The notes below the pieces were generated by a model, which was not told where the DNA came from, searched no databases, and was given only the letters and a program-made list of their open reading frames with translations. 64,000 nt of DNA from an uncultured virus (IMG/VR IMGVR_UViG_3300047678_000102) (taxonomy: Duplodnaviria > Heunggongvirae > Uroviricota > Caudoviricetes), in the IMG/VR virus record IMGVR_UViG_3300047678_000102, one strand, 5' to 3'. Position numbers and translations under genes: made by a program. Below, piece by piece: positions 27,851 to 38,867 of the stretch. Numbering within the stretch: position 1 is the stretch's first letter; each line of letters starts with the position of its first letter.

Positions 27851-30006
27851 TGGTAGATTTAGGCTTAGGGATCTCTCTTAACACTCTTCGATATTCTTCT
27901 CTTGGTAAATACACTTTACTAAACACTAATTCTGCTTCATCCCAGTCTGTACCAATAAAATCTGCCACCAGACACTTCACCTCTAATATGGCTACGTGCA
28001 TCCAATTAGATTCTTTTTCTTGACTGTATACATGAATACCATTATAAACAATATGTAAATCGTCGCATTTATGCCCAAATCTTATATTAGACGATCTATC
28101 TGATACGTTCCACCCTTCTTTCCATAAGAATCCGCTATACGTGGGGGATCGTATATGCTTCTTTAATGTCATAGTATATCCTGTGTGGGCCAACTTATAG
28201 GCCCACACAAACTTGTTGTTTTGATTCTTTTCTAAGAACTTATTACTCTTCTCTACACTAGCAAATAAACACATTAGGGTTTTGCTCCGTTATTAGGTTT
28301 GGGACTCGTCTGAGAAGGTGCCAGACGATGTACCACGAATAGTTTAGGCTTGTTTAGGTTCCCTAATCTTCTTAGTAACCGGATCAAATTCATTAGCTTC
28401 AAGTTGCATCACATTACGCAATCCATATCCATAAGATAGTGTTGCTACTGTACCATCAGTAAAGTGGAAATACCATCTATTAGTAGCACTGGCGTTTACT
28501 CTTTCTACAATCTTTCCACCAAATAGAATATCACATCGTTCTTGTTGTGTCATTCTTCTTCATCCCTATCAGTAGCATAGATCAATCCTTCAAGACCACC
28601 ACGAGAAGCAAGTTGTTTCATGAGGGTATCAGCAGTTTCCTTACCAACTTTTTCTACCCACATTCGGTACATTTCTTGATGTACTTGATTGTCTTCATCT
28701 TCAAAATAGTTCTCATCAAGAAATGCTGCCAGTTGTTCTCCATCTGCATCAGTAGCGAGAGGAGCTTCACCTTCTACTTCAGTATCCCAACAAAGAATCT
28801 TGATTGGGTTCTTACCATCCCAGGGAACAAGATCTTCGTTTTCATCTTCTTGCGCCCAAACAATATGTTGTAGATGATCTACATCTTTGTAAAAATCAGT
28901 TCCTCTATCATCATGTCCTATAATAGGTTGACAAGAGAATTCAATGCACAATCTGATGGTAAACATCAGAATAAATACTGTAAGAATGGCACACATCAAA
29001 CTAAACAAAAAGACGATCATTACTTCTCCTTTGCCAAAGGGATTCTTTTAGGTGGTGGACCACTAACATAATTCAATCCACCTACCGTTTTATTCATGAA
29101 CTCATGAAAATCAAATGGTACATACCCATCAACGAATGGTTTGTCATTCTCATCACGGTGGGGAAGATGAGGGTCACCACCGTTTGCTTGATGATACATT
29201 GTGAGGGTTTCACCAGTATCATTCTGATAGATATATGGGTGTGCATACTTTTCTGGTTTGTATCTGTTTTTGGGGTCTCGGAGATATGCTAAATGTTTCT
29301 CGGTATCTTTCGACACTTCTACTGCACCCACTTCAAAGTAACTCCAATCACAGATATACCAGAAGTAGTAACCAGGAGTTTGTGGTAGCTTTGACATTGT
29401 ATCCCTTGAAATGGATGAAGTTAGTCTATCCTCTTGAACTTCTCAGGAATGTTACCAGAAACGATTTGTTCCCACTCTTCGTCTGAGCATAATTTTGGAG
29501 TATTGAGAATAAGAACCCCACCACTACCAGAATAAGTTAGGATGTTCTCGTCAGTTCGATAATAAAACATACTGTCCCATAGATTAAGATTAGCTCCTCC
29601 CCATTCTTTTATGAATTGTTCATAAAGATTAGATTTGATTTTTCGAGCAATGAGAACACCCTTGAGTGGGTCCTTTTGCCAATAGGATGCCTTTTGTTCG
29701 CCAACAGTAACTTTCCATTCATATTGAGATTTGATCTTGCCCCATTCTTCTGCTTTCTTCTTTGCGAGATCTTCTTTTTGTTTCTTCTCTTCTGCCTCAA
29801 TCTTTTCAATCTCAGCAAGCAGCTCATCTTTACGAGACATTATTCAACTCCACAAGACATGGCTTTAAATCTTGCACACAGATAAATAATTAGGCCATAC
29901 ACAAAGAACACCAATTCACCTTCTGTAACAAACAGAAAGATTCCAGTATGTAGAACAATCATTGCAAACAATACATTTATCCATCCATATGCCCTTAAAT
30001 ACATAA

Positions 30007-30423
30007 TTACTCCTTGATCTTTTCAATCTTAACAATACGATACTGAGTGCTACCAAACCAAGGTGGGGAAAAGAAATACTGTTCGTAGTGAACCCGAACA
30101 AAATCCTTTGCCGTAACACCTTCCAAATCCGCCCTGGTTCTATCATCAAGCACTGAGAATTCAAACACATTACTGAGTTGAGAGCTATCACCAGTCCCAA
30201 CCATCTTCAACCCAGGCAGAGCCATCTCCCCTTCCCAAGTCTTCCATATGATTCCCTTGTGAGAGAACTTCTGGATGTGTCCATCTCGATATCCTGATGA
30301 ATAGGAGATGCCACCCTTCATCAATCCAACGCCACATCCACCACATGCAAGGAGACATCCACCAACAACTACCAATCCAATAAGAGTATGGGCGTTGAAA
30401 GACGATCCATTATTACGAGACAT
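30007..30423 (-). CDS. Membrane-anchored conserved protein
   Basis: N-terminal hydrophobic helix; YSSGYRDG.IQKFSHKGIIWKTWEGE. Confidence 0.7.
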   Translation of the reverse strand: MSRNNGSSFNAHTLIGLVVVGGCLLACGGCGVGLMKGGISYSSGYRDGHIQKFSHKGIIWKTWEGEMALPGLKMVGTGDSSQLSNVFEFSVLDDRTRADLEGVTAKDFVRVHYEQYFFSPPWFGSTQYRIVKIEKIKE

Positions 30424-30651
30424 ACTTACTATTCTCCCCTAATTTCTCGAATACGGGTCTTTAAGGTGTCCACAACACCGTAGTTAATATGCACTGTTGT
30501 TACATCAACACCTTTGGTGACACGAAGAACATACTGAGTACTCCCGTAAGGACACTCCATCAGTTCGTATGTGTTACCAAATTCGTGGATGGTTGCTTTT
30601 GCACATGGGTGTCCATCGTATACAGAATCAGTAAATTGCCAAGCCATTTAT

Positions 30652-31239
30652 TTACCTTTCTGGATTACAGATACACATATCAAGATGTTTGCACTTCTCA
30701 CAAACTTCTTCCAACATAGGGAGTTCTTCCTTTAGAACATATCGGAAGGCATAAGCGTCTTCGTATGTGTCTTGGAAGACCCGTCGCTTCACAGCAGTAG
30801 CTTGAAATCCCATTTTCTTTAGGAATAGTTGGCCATCAAGATTACTTTCGCGGACTTCAATGGTAACCCGAGATCGCCGATGGATAGACAACTTGGAGAT
30901 CATCTTGTTGATCATCCTCCTACCATATCCCTTACAACGATCATCGGGATGAACGGCTAGATTAACCAATTTCAAGTTGTTCTTGTATAGTTCGTAGATC
31001 ATATATCCCTTGATCTCTTCACCAACCTCGCAAATCATGCCAATACAGTTGCGGGAGCGAAGAGCCCGAATGAAGTCTTCTTCCACCCAGGGTTGGGTAA
31101 AACTACGCTGCTCAATGGCAAGGATTTCTGCCATATCTCGGCGGATCATCCATCGGATGTGGGGATTGTTAGAACTGAAAGGATTAGTAGCTTCGGGCTC
31201 TTGGCTCACACCGGCTTCGGGAATTGAATCACTAATCAT
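30652..31239 (-). CDS. rimI: RimI-like GNAT N-acetyltransferase
   Basis: IRWMIRRDMAEILAIEQRSF..W.EEDF..LR.RNCIGM..NLAVHP..GYGR..EVRESNL..QLF..KMGF. Confidence 0.85.
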   Translation of the reverse strand: MISDSIPEAGVSQEPEATNPFSSNNPHIRWMIRRDMAEILAIEQRSFTQPWVEEDFIRALRSRNCIGMICEVGEEIKGYMIYELYKNNLKLVNLAVHPDDRCKGYGRRMINKMISKLSIHRRSRVTIEVRESNLDGQLFLKKMGFQATAVKRRVFQDTYEDAYAFRYVLKEELPMLEEVCEKCKHLDMCICNPER

Positions 31240-31294
31240 TGAATAGAACTCCTGGAATTACACCCTTGGTTAAACCCGTTTCCGCCGCTAATAA

Positions 31295-31323
31295 TTTGAC
31301 GTTTTAATCACTACTGGGGCTCT
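31295..31323 (-). promoter_or_regulatory. Phage early promoter copy 14
   Basis: AGAGCC-N16-CGTCAAA. Confidence 0.85.
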
Positions 31324-31511
31324 TGTTAGATCAGCTCTTCGGAGTCCACTTATTGGTGACACCATAACCATTCTGATAGGGAATAACCTGATGCGGGATC
31401 ACGGTCTTCACAGACAACTTGTAAGCCTGTGCGTTTGCCTTGGTCTTGTCACGATAGATGGTCATTTTCCGTCTCCTTCAAACTGTGAGGAAGTTAAACC
31501 GCCGCTAATAA

Positions 31512-31540
31512 TTTGACGGGTTAGGTAGTGTGAGGGCTTT
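31512..31540 (-). promoter_or_regulatory. Phage early promoter copy 15
   Basis: AAAGCC-N16-CGTCAAA. Confidence 0.85.
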
Positions 31541-31560
31541 TACTTAGCCAATAGGAGTAG

Positions 31561-31632
31561 TAGGCCTGGGTGGAGTCGAACCACCGTTAGGACTTTATAA
31601 GAATCCCGTTCTAACCGTTGAACTACAGGCCA
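31561..31632 (-). tRNA. tRNA-Ile(UAU)
   Basis: GGATT-CTTATAA-AGTCC anticodon arm; GGTGG-TTCGACT-CCACC; U1:U72 mismatch. Confidence 0.85.
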
Positions 31633-31633
31633 A

Positions 31634-31705
31634 TGGGCCAGACAGGATTCGAACCTGTAACCAAGGAATTATGAGTTCCCTGCACCACCATTGTGCTACT
31701 GGCCC
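31634..31705 (-). tRNA. tRNA(CAU), probably Ile2 (alternatively Met)
   Basis: GGGCCAG/CTGGCCC-A; GGGAA-CTCATAA-TTCCT; ACAGG-TTCGAAT-CCTGT. Confidence 0.85.
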
Positions 31706-32221
31706 AATCGTTTTTATCCCTATTTTTCCATCCCTTGTCCAAGATCAGTCATTTCTTGCAATGCTTGTTTGGTTTCTTCTTCTGTGGGACGTTTCTTACG
31801 CATAGGAATAGCTCTAATTTCAAAATCTATTAACTCTAGTTCTCTTCCGTCTTCCATCAGAACTAGATAGCAAAGGGAATGATGATCGGGAAGTATATCT
31901 CCAGGCACCAAAAGGATTTCATCACCATGGACGAAATCATCAAGCTCATCGCCTTTTGGATCATACCAACTGTGTTCAACCATTGCAATTATAGTGCCAT
32001 ACAATCCCTCATCACTCTTTTTAGGGTGACGATCTCTGCCACAATACCCATCCATGTCAACACGTTTAATTCTTACTCTACGACCACGACCACGACCTAG
32101 TACTGTATGCGCCATGTTAACCCTCTCCTCCAAGATCAATCCACAGATCTTCAAAATGATCAATGTGATCGTCGTTCATGGAAAGTCCTCCGTGAGAGTA
32201 GAGTGAGTGTGAATCAATAAC

Positions 32222-32259
32222 GAAACAGGGGGGAGTAAACTGCTACTCCCCCCTGTTTC
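32222..32259 (-). terminator. Terminator hairpin after wHTH paralog 2
   Basis: GAAACAGGGGGGAGTA/TACTCCCCCCTGTTTC stem. Confidence 0.75.
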
Positions 32260-32271
32260 TAACGGTTGATA

Positions 32272-32586
32272 TTACACACCAGCGGTCGCCGGTGCAACAC
32301 TATACAGACCCTTCTCTTCATCGACGATCAGATGACGGCTGATGCCCTTACCCTTGTTCATCCAGTGCTTGAAGTGGGCAACGACCCGCTTTCCGCTCTC
32401 AGCACCCGCCTCCTTGGCAATCTGATCTGCCGTCTTGGGAGTGGAATCAACCACAAGGTTGATTCGGGCAGGCTCACGACCCAAGAGGCAACCGTGCGGC
32501 TCCTTGGAATAGATCTCGAAGCCCTTCGTCATGGCCTCACAATTGTGCTTACGGGTGTAAGTAACCTTGGACTTCTGCTCGTTCAT
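32272..32586 (-). CDS. wHTH-like protein, HFxxWxxxxRGI family (paralog 2)
   Basis: HGCLLGREPARIN..PKTADQIAKEAG..RVVAHFKHWMNKGKGI. Confidence 0.75.
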   Translation of the reverse strand: MNEQKSKVTYTRKHNCEAMTKGFEIYSKEPHGCLLGREPARINLVVDSTPKTADQIAKEAGAESGKRVVAHFKHWMNKGKGISRHLIVDEEKGLYSVAPATAGV

Positions 32587-32647
32587 AACTCGTAACTCCT
32601 AAACGTGGTTGAGAAAACTACAACCGGGTCTAACCGCCCGTTAAAAG

Positions 32648-32676
32648 TTTGACGTTTTAACGGTTCTCAAGGCTCT
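32648..32676 (-). promoter_or_regulatory. Phage early promoter copy 16
   Basis: AGAGCC-N16-CGTCAAA. Confidence 0.85.
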
Positions 32677-32679
32677 TGG

Positions 32680-33225
32680 TTATTCATAAACTTTAACTTG
32701 AAGCCATTTATTAGATTGCCAGAAGTCCTCAACCGTACCAGGATTGCCCCAAGTAGGAATAAGGGAAGGTTGAGTAATCTTAGTAGGATCGTAGAATGGC
32801 ACGTTACCAGGTCCAAATCTAAAACCATTAGAATCTTTTGTTCTAATGGTTAGAACACTTCCAAGTGGGCCATTAAACTTCAATCCTAGTCGGTGGAGGA
32901 CATTTCTAACGGCAATGTCTTGGATATGTGTAGAGAATGCTTCTTGTTTGGAATAATCTAATCCAGATTGAATGTTGGTTGGAGCATTGTCAATACATTC
33001 TCCGAAACAACAAATGAAATCTAGATCTTTTGGTCGATCCTTCAGATACTGGAAGTAGGATTCTTCATATGCTTCTTTACATGCTTGGACAAAATCCATT
33101 TCCTTATCATCTAAAATCCAAACCAACCTCCAATAACCTTCTCCATACGTTGTATTGTAACCATTGATTTTTCTATCTCGTTGACGGCCAAAGTATCCTG
33201 GCCTTTCTATACTGGTCCATGTCAT
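32680..33225 (-). CDS. Conserved hypothetical protein
   Basis: RPGYFG..YEESY..THIQDIAVRN..VEDFWQSNK. Confidence 0.7.
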   Translation of the reverse strand: MTWTSIERPGYFGRQRDRKINGYNTTYGEGYWRLVWILDDKEMDFVQACKEAYEESYFQYLKDRPKDLDFICCFGECIDNAPTNIQSGLDYSKQEAFSTHIQDIAVRNVLHRLGLKFNGPLGSVLTIRTKDSNGFRFGPGNVPFYDPTKITQPSLIPTWGNPGTVEDFWQSNKWLQVKVYE

Positions 33226-33736
33226 TTATTTCTGCTCCTTATACAAATCCCTAATTAACTCAACTGATTCTTGTGGTACCCCAATTTTACCATCACTCAC
33301 TGTTGCTCTAATTACTAATTGTTTTCCATCCCGTAGCAACAATCTCCAAAATGGGATAAACTTCTTATCTGGATGAATTTCTTTTGCATGATCTTTAAGT
33401 TCTTGTAAGACTTCATCAAAGTCAAGAAAATCAATGAGTTCAATATCCATGTTATGTTAATCCCTTTTCCAAGGAGTACCAATCCACCAATCTGGTGGCT
33501 CAATGTCAATATCTGGAGTTACCTCACTGTAAGGACCACTAAAACTAGATTCTGATGCTACTGCCGTCCTATCGGTGAAATACACTACTTCGGCATTGTC
33601 AGAAGGTTTTACATCGTAATTATAATAATTGCTATCATGATCGTAATCAATAGTCTTGCCTTGAGCAAACTCAAGAGCTTCCGCCATTGTACAAGTCTTC
33701 CACCTCATTTCACCCTTTTTATACATCTTAATATAC

Positions 33737-34150
33737 CTACCAAGTTTGGAAGATACCAGCCATTTCCGTCACTTCTTTAGCAAAACTTTCTGGAATAACA
33801 ACATTCTTAGGTGCTACCATAAACATAGGTGCGATTTGCTTTGGTTTAAATCCTGCCGCACCACATCCAATTTCAGTAAGAAGGAACTTTTCTTCTGGAT
33901 GTTGAGAAGCATGTTCTATAAATTTATCTACAGACTTCTCAATCTCCATGAGCGTTACTTCCCCACGGTTAGGATCTTGGTTAACTGTGGGAATAGCGTA
34001 AGATTGCCCTTGCCTTCCTTCTGCTTTACCCATTTCAGCTCCCCATTCATTCAATGCACAACGTGCTCCACCACCATCGTGGTTGCCCTTTGTGTTAGAG
34101 CCAAAGACTAATACACAATCTGGTGTCGCATGTTTCCTTGTATAGAACAT
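33737..34150 (-). CDS. A1S_2505-like phage protein (macro-like fold)
   Basis: VFGSN..G.H.GG.A..A...GA..G..EG.QGQSYAIPT..FLLTEIGCG.AG. Confidence 0.75.
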   Translation of the reverse strand: MFYTRKHATPDCVLVFGSNTKGNHDGGGARCALNEWGAEMGKAEGRQGQSYAIPTVNQDPNRGEVTLMEIEKSVDKFIEHASQHPEEKFLLTEIGCGAAGFKPKQIAPMFMVAPKNVVIPESFAKEVTEMAGIFQTW

Positions 34151-34348
34151 AACTTATTCCTTTTGATTGGTGGATTTGTAAATGACGCGAAGTTCATTGA
34201 TTACACTATCGGAGATAAAATTTTGATTAGGTTCAAATTTTGGAGATGGTTCCAGTTTGGGTTCTTTTCCATAAATAGAGCATAAGATAAAAGCAATTGG
34301 GTACACCATCAGAATGCACAAATATATGATTAAGGTGAAGTTCATTGG

Positions 34349-35290
34349 TTAATTTTGGGTTTGGATGGTAGGCACATACACCATAAATTCATTTTTAACA
34401 TATCCAATTGGACGACATCCAAGTTTGAACATATCAACCAAAGGTTGCCACGGATTAGGTTGTACCATTCCTGCAAGTTTCCATCGTTCACATCTCCAAA
34501 GAACATAACGTGGACGAACGTACCACCTACCCCACCAATAATTAGCAGCATAAGCAGCAGCATAAGCAGCAGCAGCAGCAGCATCAGCAGCAGCAGCATA
34601 AGCAGCAGCAGCATAAGCAGCAGCAGCATCAGCAGCAGCAGCAGCAGCATCAGCATCAGCATAAGCATCAGCATAAGCAGCAGCATAAGCAGCATCAGCA
34701 GCAGCATAAGCAGCATCAGCAGCAGCATCAGCAGCAGCATCAGCAGCATCAGCAGCAGCATCTATTGCTGTAACAATTATTTTCAATTTGTCTGAAGGGA
34801 CAACAGACCCTTTTACCCAAGGTAGAATTGCATCCCTCCATTGGATAAATAGAAATTGAATCTGTTCATTTGCTACTGGCTGTGGTGGTTTCAACCAAGA
34901 AATATCCTTCCACGTTGCTGCTTCTTGTTTCACACTTTCAATCCTCTTAACAAAATCAGGACCAAAAATATCTTCGAGAAAAAGTTCTTTCACAACAGTA
35001 AGAGCTTTAACACGAGATTTAGCAGTTTCTGTCTGAATGATATCCTCATTTTCGACTGAAACTTCCCACCAGCGCCAGGGTCTAATACTGTTTTCAGCAA
35101 ATTGAATTGTCTTTTTAGGTGTGTCGCTTACATGGAAACCTCTACCACACCCATTATTAGTAGGACCTTCTGGATCTGGATGTGTTAAAGGTATACTAGA
35201 AGCCAATGCTTCAGCATAATTTATAGTCCCTGTGCGAAAATCCGTACCATCTGGACGGGTACACTTGTAATACGTTTTAGCCTCAGACAT
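34349..35290 (-). CDS. Protein with internal Ala-rich (A/D/Y) repeat tract
   Basis: MSEAKTYYK..CGRGFHVS..KSRV N-domain; (AAADAAYA)n tract. Confidence 0.75.
   Translation of the reverse strand: MSEAKTYYKCTRPDGTDFRTGTINYAEALASSIPLTHPDPEGPTNNGCGRGFHVSDTPKKTIQFAENSIRPWRWWEVSVENEDIIQTETAKSRVKALTVVKELFLEDIFGPDFVKRIESVKQEAATWKDISWLKPPQPVANEQIQFLFIQWRDAILPWVKGSVVPSDKLKIIVTAIDAAADAADAAADAAADAAYAAADAAYAAAYADAYADADAAAAAADAAAAYAAAAYAAAADAAAAAAYAAAYAANYWWGRWYVRPRYVLWRCERWKLAGMVQPNPWQPLVDMFKLGCRPIGYVKNEFMVYVPTIQTQN
34544..34762. repeat. Low-complexity codon repeat (GCT/GAT/TAT on - strand)
   Basis: About 220 bp of AGC/ATC/ATA triplets on +. Confidence 0.95.
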
Positions 35291-35658
35291 TTTACCACCT
35301 TTGTTAAACTTGTGATTTAATGGCAGGAACATTTCGGAATTCCCTATCAATCCTACGTTGCCATTCTGCCAACACTTCCATTTGCTCCCTAGTTTTTACA
35401 TCTTCAGGGTAAAACGGAATCCTTTCATCATTCTCAATTTCTTTTGTTAGTTCTGGGGTAAACGCATGGTAGAGGAAACGTCCGTGATCTGGAAGTTTAT
35501 TGGTTCTAATTTGCGTTAGACATCCTGTATCGAAACCTTGTTGATTTCCAGCACATTGGAAGATCCCATGCCAACAATTCCACTGTTCATGAGTAATACT
35601 AGGATCATCAAGGAGGCGTTGGATTTGTTCATCATACTTATCCATTTACCTACTCCCT

Positions 35659-35697
35659 AAAAAGAAGATGGGGAGGGAATGTATTTCCCTCCCCATC
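35659..35697 (-). terminator. Intrinsic terminator
   Basis: GATGGGGAGGGAA/TTCCCTCCCCATC stem; U-rich tail on - strand. Confidence 0.8.
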
Positions 35698-35710
35698 GAA
35701 AGCGTCTAAG

Positions 35711-35968
35711 TTAGACCGCAATTTGCTCCCGACTACCAGTCGTTCGCATCTCCTTGGAACCAATCACCGTCAGGGTGACGCCAATTTGGACCTGGACACG
35801 CTTGCCAGCCACTTCGATGAAGTCCTTACCGGCAAGGTACCAACCAAACGACTTCGTCGAGAAATCCTTGACATCTGCTTGGAGAGGGGCATCCCCAATA
35901 CGCACAACCAAAGGCTTCGCGTTATTGAAGAACTCTTCTGTAGTGAGCGGGCACACGGTCTTCTTCAT
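35711..35968 (-). CDS. Small conserved protein of Planctomycete type
   Basis: MKKTVCPLT.EEF..AKP..KDFST.SFGWYL.GK..V.VQIG..LTVIGSKE; resembles a Gemmataceae/Isosphaeraceae hypothetical (from memory). Confidence 0.7.
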   Translation of the reverse strand: MKKTVCPLTTEEFFNNAKPLVVRIGDAPLQADVKDFSTKSFGWYLAGKDFIEVAGKRVQVQIGVTLTVIGSKEMRTTGSREQIAV

Positions 35969-36322
35969 TACAAACACTCCTTGAGGGATGGGAAACGGAC
36001 TACTCAAACTCTGCTTCAAACTCTTCAATCAACGATTCATCGTTCAACTTACGAAGACGTGTCTTCTCGTGATTCCCTACATGCTCCCAAAATCCATGAG
36101 CATCTCGCTCCAACCATTTCGGAAGCACTTCAACTAGCTTCTCAATCATTTCTTCACGAGGCGGAGGGGTGAAAATCTCAATGGTTGGCGCACCGCGTTC
36201 TTTAACCATCCTATTGAACGTAACGTCGTTGAAATAGGTAGACTCGGTGGTGCCATCAGGAAACTTAAATGTCAACTTCATTTGAACCCCAGTTTAAGTT
36301 AAACCGTTTCCGCCGTTACAAG

Positions 36323-36351
36323 TTTGACGGTTAAGACAGTGTAAGGGCTTT
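36323..36351 (-). promoter_or_regulatory. Phage early promoter copy 17
   Basis: AAAGCC-N16-CGTCAAA. Confidence 0.85.
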
Positions 36352-36363
36352 TGAAAGGTCAAC

Positions 36364-36681
36364 TTAGACCGCATACCTTTGAGTAAACGCTTCTTTACCA
36401 CACTTAGGGCAATAGTATTTTCCATCTTTCTTATCTGGATGTCCGCCTTCTATGAATTGGTTCCAGTTACAATGCTTACCAGATTCTTTTACAGTATCAA
36501 TGTGTTTACATTTTTTGTAATACTTAAATCCTTCACATGGGCATTCCCAATCATACTCGTATGGGCCACTGGAAGGCCCATACGTTACATCGTAAATCTT
36601 CCCACGACTTCCTTCTATCTGAGTTTGGAAATGTTCACATGTACCACAATGCCAATAAGTTTCAAAGGTAAAATCAGGCAT
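36364..36681 (-). CDS. SWIM zinc-finger protein
   Basis: WECPCEGFKYYKKCKHI (CxC..CxH). Confidence 0.75.
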   Translation of the reverse strand: MPDFTFETYWHCGTCEHFQTQIEGSRGKIYDVTYGPSSGPYEYDWECPCEGFKYYKKCKHIDTVKESGKHCNWNQFIEGGHPDKKDGKYYCPKCGKEAFTQRYAV

Positions 36682-36914
36682 TTGGTTCTTCCTCTAATGG
36701 AAGAAGAGGAGTAGGTAATGCTAACCATTTACCTACCATATCATCTGATTTGTAAACAAACCCACCATTGCAGGTATATGTAATAAATCGTCTTTCTGGT
36801 GGACCACAGTATTTCACTTTAATAATGTCCAGGGTGTTTTCCGTGGCTTTAGACCATTGTTTACCAAAGAACCAATACCACCCTTCTTCTGTTGGCCAAT
36901 CCGTTACCCACATG

Positions 36915-37616
36915 TTAAGAATTCTCCTTGTTTTCAAGCAACTTACATCCTGGAGACTTCATCTTCTTCAATACTTCTAGCATGACATTAGCACACATAA
37001 TTAGATATTTATCTGTTCCTTTTACGGCGGAAGCTACTGCAGGAATACCTAGAATACTATAAGTTCTCGGAGAAGATGTACTATATAAGCAGTCCATATC
37101 TTGATACATCTTTGTAGCAATACCACTATAACTATAAGGATAGTTATTAAACGATTCACGAACGTTTCTTGCGGCAATATCACCACCACGTCTTTTTAGA
37201 AGTTTAGCAGCAGCAACAAGTTTCTTATCTTCGGGGAACACATCCAAAATAATCTCCGGGATAACTTCCTTTTTAATCTTATTTTGCACCATCTTTAAAA
37301 ACTTTGTACCATCTACAACACCCTTACTACCAAGTTGCGCCAACCCAAGATCATGAAGACCTTCGGCCCTCGCTTTCATAGACGTCCATTGACAATCGTT
37401 CAAATCAATTTTAAGTTCTCTGACATTATCTTCTACACATAGAGGATCATCATCATGAGGTAATCCTAATACTTGACAGATGGCAGCTTCAATACAAACA
37501 TTCTTACCTCTTGTACCCATACCGCGACAAAGACCACGATTTAAAATCTTGTCGTATTTCTTAATATCAAAATCAAAAATATTGAACTTTTCTTCTTGTG
37601 TAAGAAACTCACTCAT
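36915..37616 (-). CDS. Hypothetical protein, paralog of 27104..27790
   Basis: Shared motifs and a 45-bp identical DNA block. Confidence 0.75.
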   Translation of the reverse strand: MSEFLTQEEKFNIFDFDIKKYDKILNRGLCRGMGTRGKNVCIEAAICQVLGLPHDDDPLCVEDNVRELKIDLNDCQWTSMKARAEGLHDLGLAQLGSKGVVDGTKFLKMVQNKIKKEVIPEIILDVFPEDKKLVAAAKLLKRRGGDIAARNVRESFNNYPYSYSGIATKMYQDMDCLYSTSSPRTYSILGIPAVASAVKGTDKYLIMCANVMLEVLKKMKSPGCKLLENKENS

Positions 37617-37647
37617 TATGTACTCCTTAAAACGAGCTACAATCTTT

Positions 37648-38790
37648 CTACTTCTTAGAAAACAACACCTTTTCTATACCGTCAGCATATCCACGCCAGA
37701 TCTTCTTCAATCCGTCCACCGTCTGATTCTTACCCTGACCACGACGGAAGTTGAACAGAATTCCAGTGAATGGAGTCTTCTTCACGATTGAAAGAGCAAA
37801 TTCTTTCTGATCTTCAATCTGCCAAGTCTTACTCCAGATATCTTCTAATTGAAGATATGCATTCTGAACTCGTTCATTCATCTCATTATAGACTGCCTTT
37901 ACTTCTTTGAAGTAAGAGAGGAACTCATCCCCTTCACCAGACAATATGTATGGGAGTAGGGTGGAAGGCTTATACAAGGCTTCCCCATTGTTTCCCTTAG
38001 CTCGGTGCAGGGAAACATAACGAGGGTTCTTCAGCTTCCACCGCGTTACGTAATCATAGATCACCACACCCTCGTAGGTTGCTTCGGGATGTACCAAGAC
38101 AAACTCCTGAGCGTCTTGAAGACCACGGAAGGAGTACTTCTGGACCTTCTTGAAATACTTCCCTTCATCCTCTTCCAGTTCACCCAGAAGAGCAGTGATT
38201 TCCTGTTCCCCTTGGAATCTGGTGAGTAGATGCATTGCCGGTTCTTTGTATTCCCGAACCACCTTGTTCCAAAGGGAAGTGAATTCACAAACATACGTCA
38301 AAGAAGGATCAAGTCTGAGATCCTGAAGGTCTTGAATTCCCATCGCCTTCAGAAATCCTTCCTGCCAGGTGAAAGAAGGATCTAATCCGTAATATTTGGC
38401 TTGCCACTCATAGTTGAACATGGGGAACAAGCCAAACGACCCTCTGGTGTTTGCGTGCCACTTCCCTTGATAGTTGTAGATAAGACACAACGAACCATCT
38501 TCTTTACCAGAAGCGAAGGCTTTCCCCCAATGGAAGGACTTCATCTCTTCTTCCATCTCACCGACATTGAAGAAGCGATTGAAAGCTTTCGCTACGAGAG
38601 AGTGATCGTTGGTATCCAACACCAACCCACGAGCCTCCCGTACAACCGGATGGCTTTTTGGGGAATCAATCATACTGTAGTTGTAGATCGCCAGTGGAAG
38701 CGTAGGGTGCTTCACACAAGAGATCCCAAGTTCCTTCTCAAGGTCTTCAGCGGTCTTGCCAGACTGAAGATACGTCTGTATGTTAAGCAT
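37648..38790 (-). CDS. T4 Rnl1-like RNA ligase
   Basis: REARGLVL..KAFNRFFN; motif I KEDGSL; EGVVI; KLKNPRY. Confidence 0.85.
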   Translation of the reverse strand: MLNIQTYLQSGKTAEDLEKELGISCVKHPTLPLAIYNYSMIDSPKSHPVVREARGLVLDTNDHSLVAKAFNRFFNVGEMEEEMKSFHWGKAFASGKEDGSLCLIYNYQGKWHANTRGSFGLFPMFNYEWQAKYYGLDPSFTWQEGFLKAMGIQDLQDLRLDPSLTYVCEFTSLWNKVVREYKEPAMHLLTRFQGEQEITALLGELEEDEGKYFKKVQKYSFRGLQDAQEFVLVHPEATYEGVVIYDYVTRWKLKNPRYVSLHRAKGNNGEALYKPSTLLPYILSGEGDEFLSYFKEVKAVYNEMNERVQNAYLQLEDIWSKTWQIEDQKEFALSIVKKTPFTGILFNFRRGQGKNQTVDGLKKIWRGYADGIEKVLFSKK

Positions 38791-38838
38791 TGTTAAATCA
38801 CTTTCTCAACGGGCGAGGGTTAAATAACCGCTTATAAG

Positions 38839-38867
38839 TTTGACGGTTTAGGTAATGTCAGGGCTCT
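38839..38867 (-). promoter_or_regulatory. Phage early promoter copy 18
   Basis: AGAGCC-N16-CGTCAAA. Confidence 0.85.

Noticed and set aside
34342..34795. Poly-Leu/Met (-) and poly-Ser/Ile (+) ORFs
   Set aside because: Alternative frames of the Ala-rich repeat in 34349..35290
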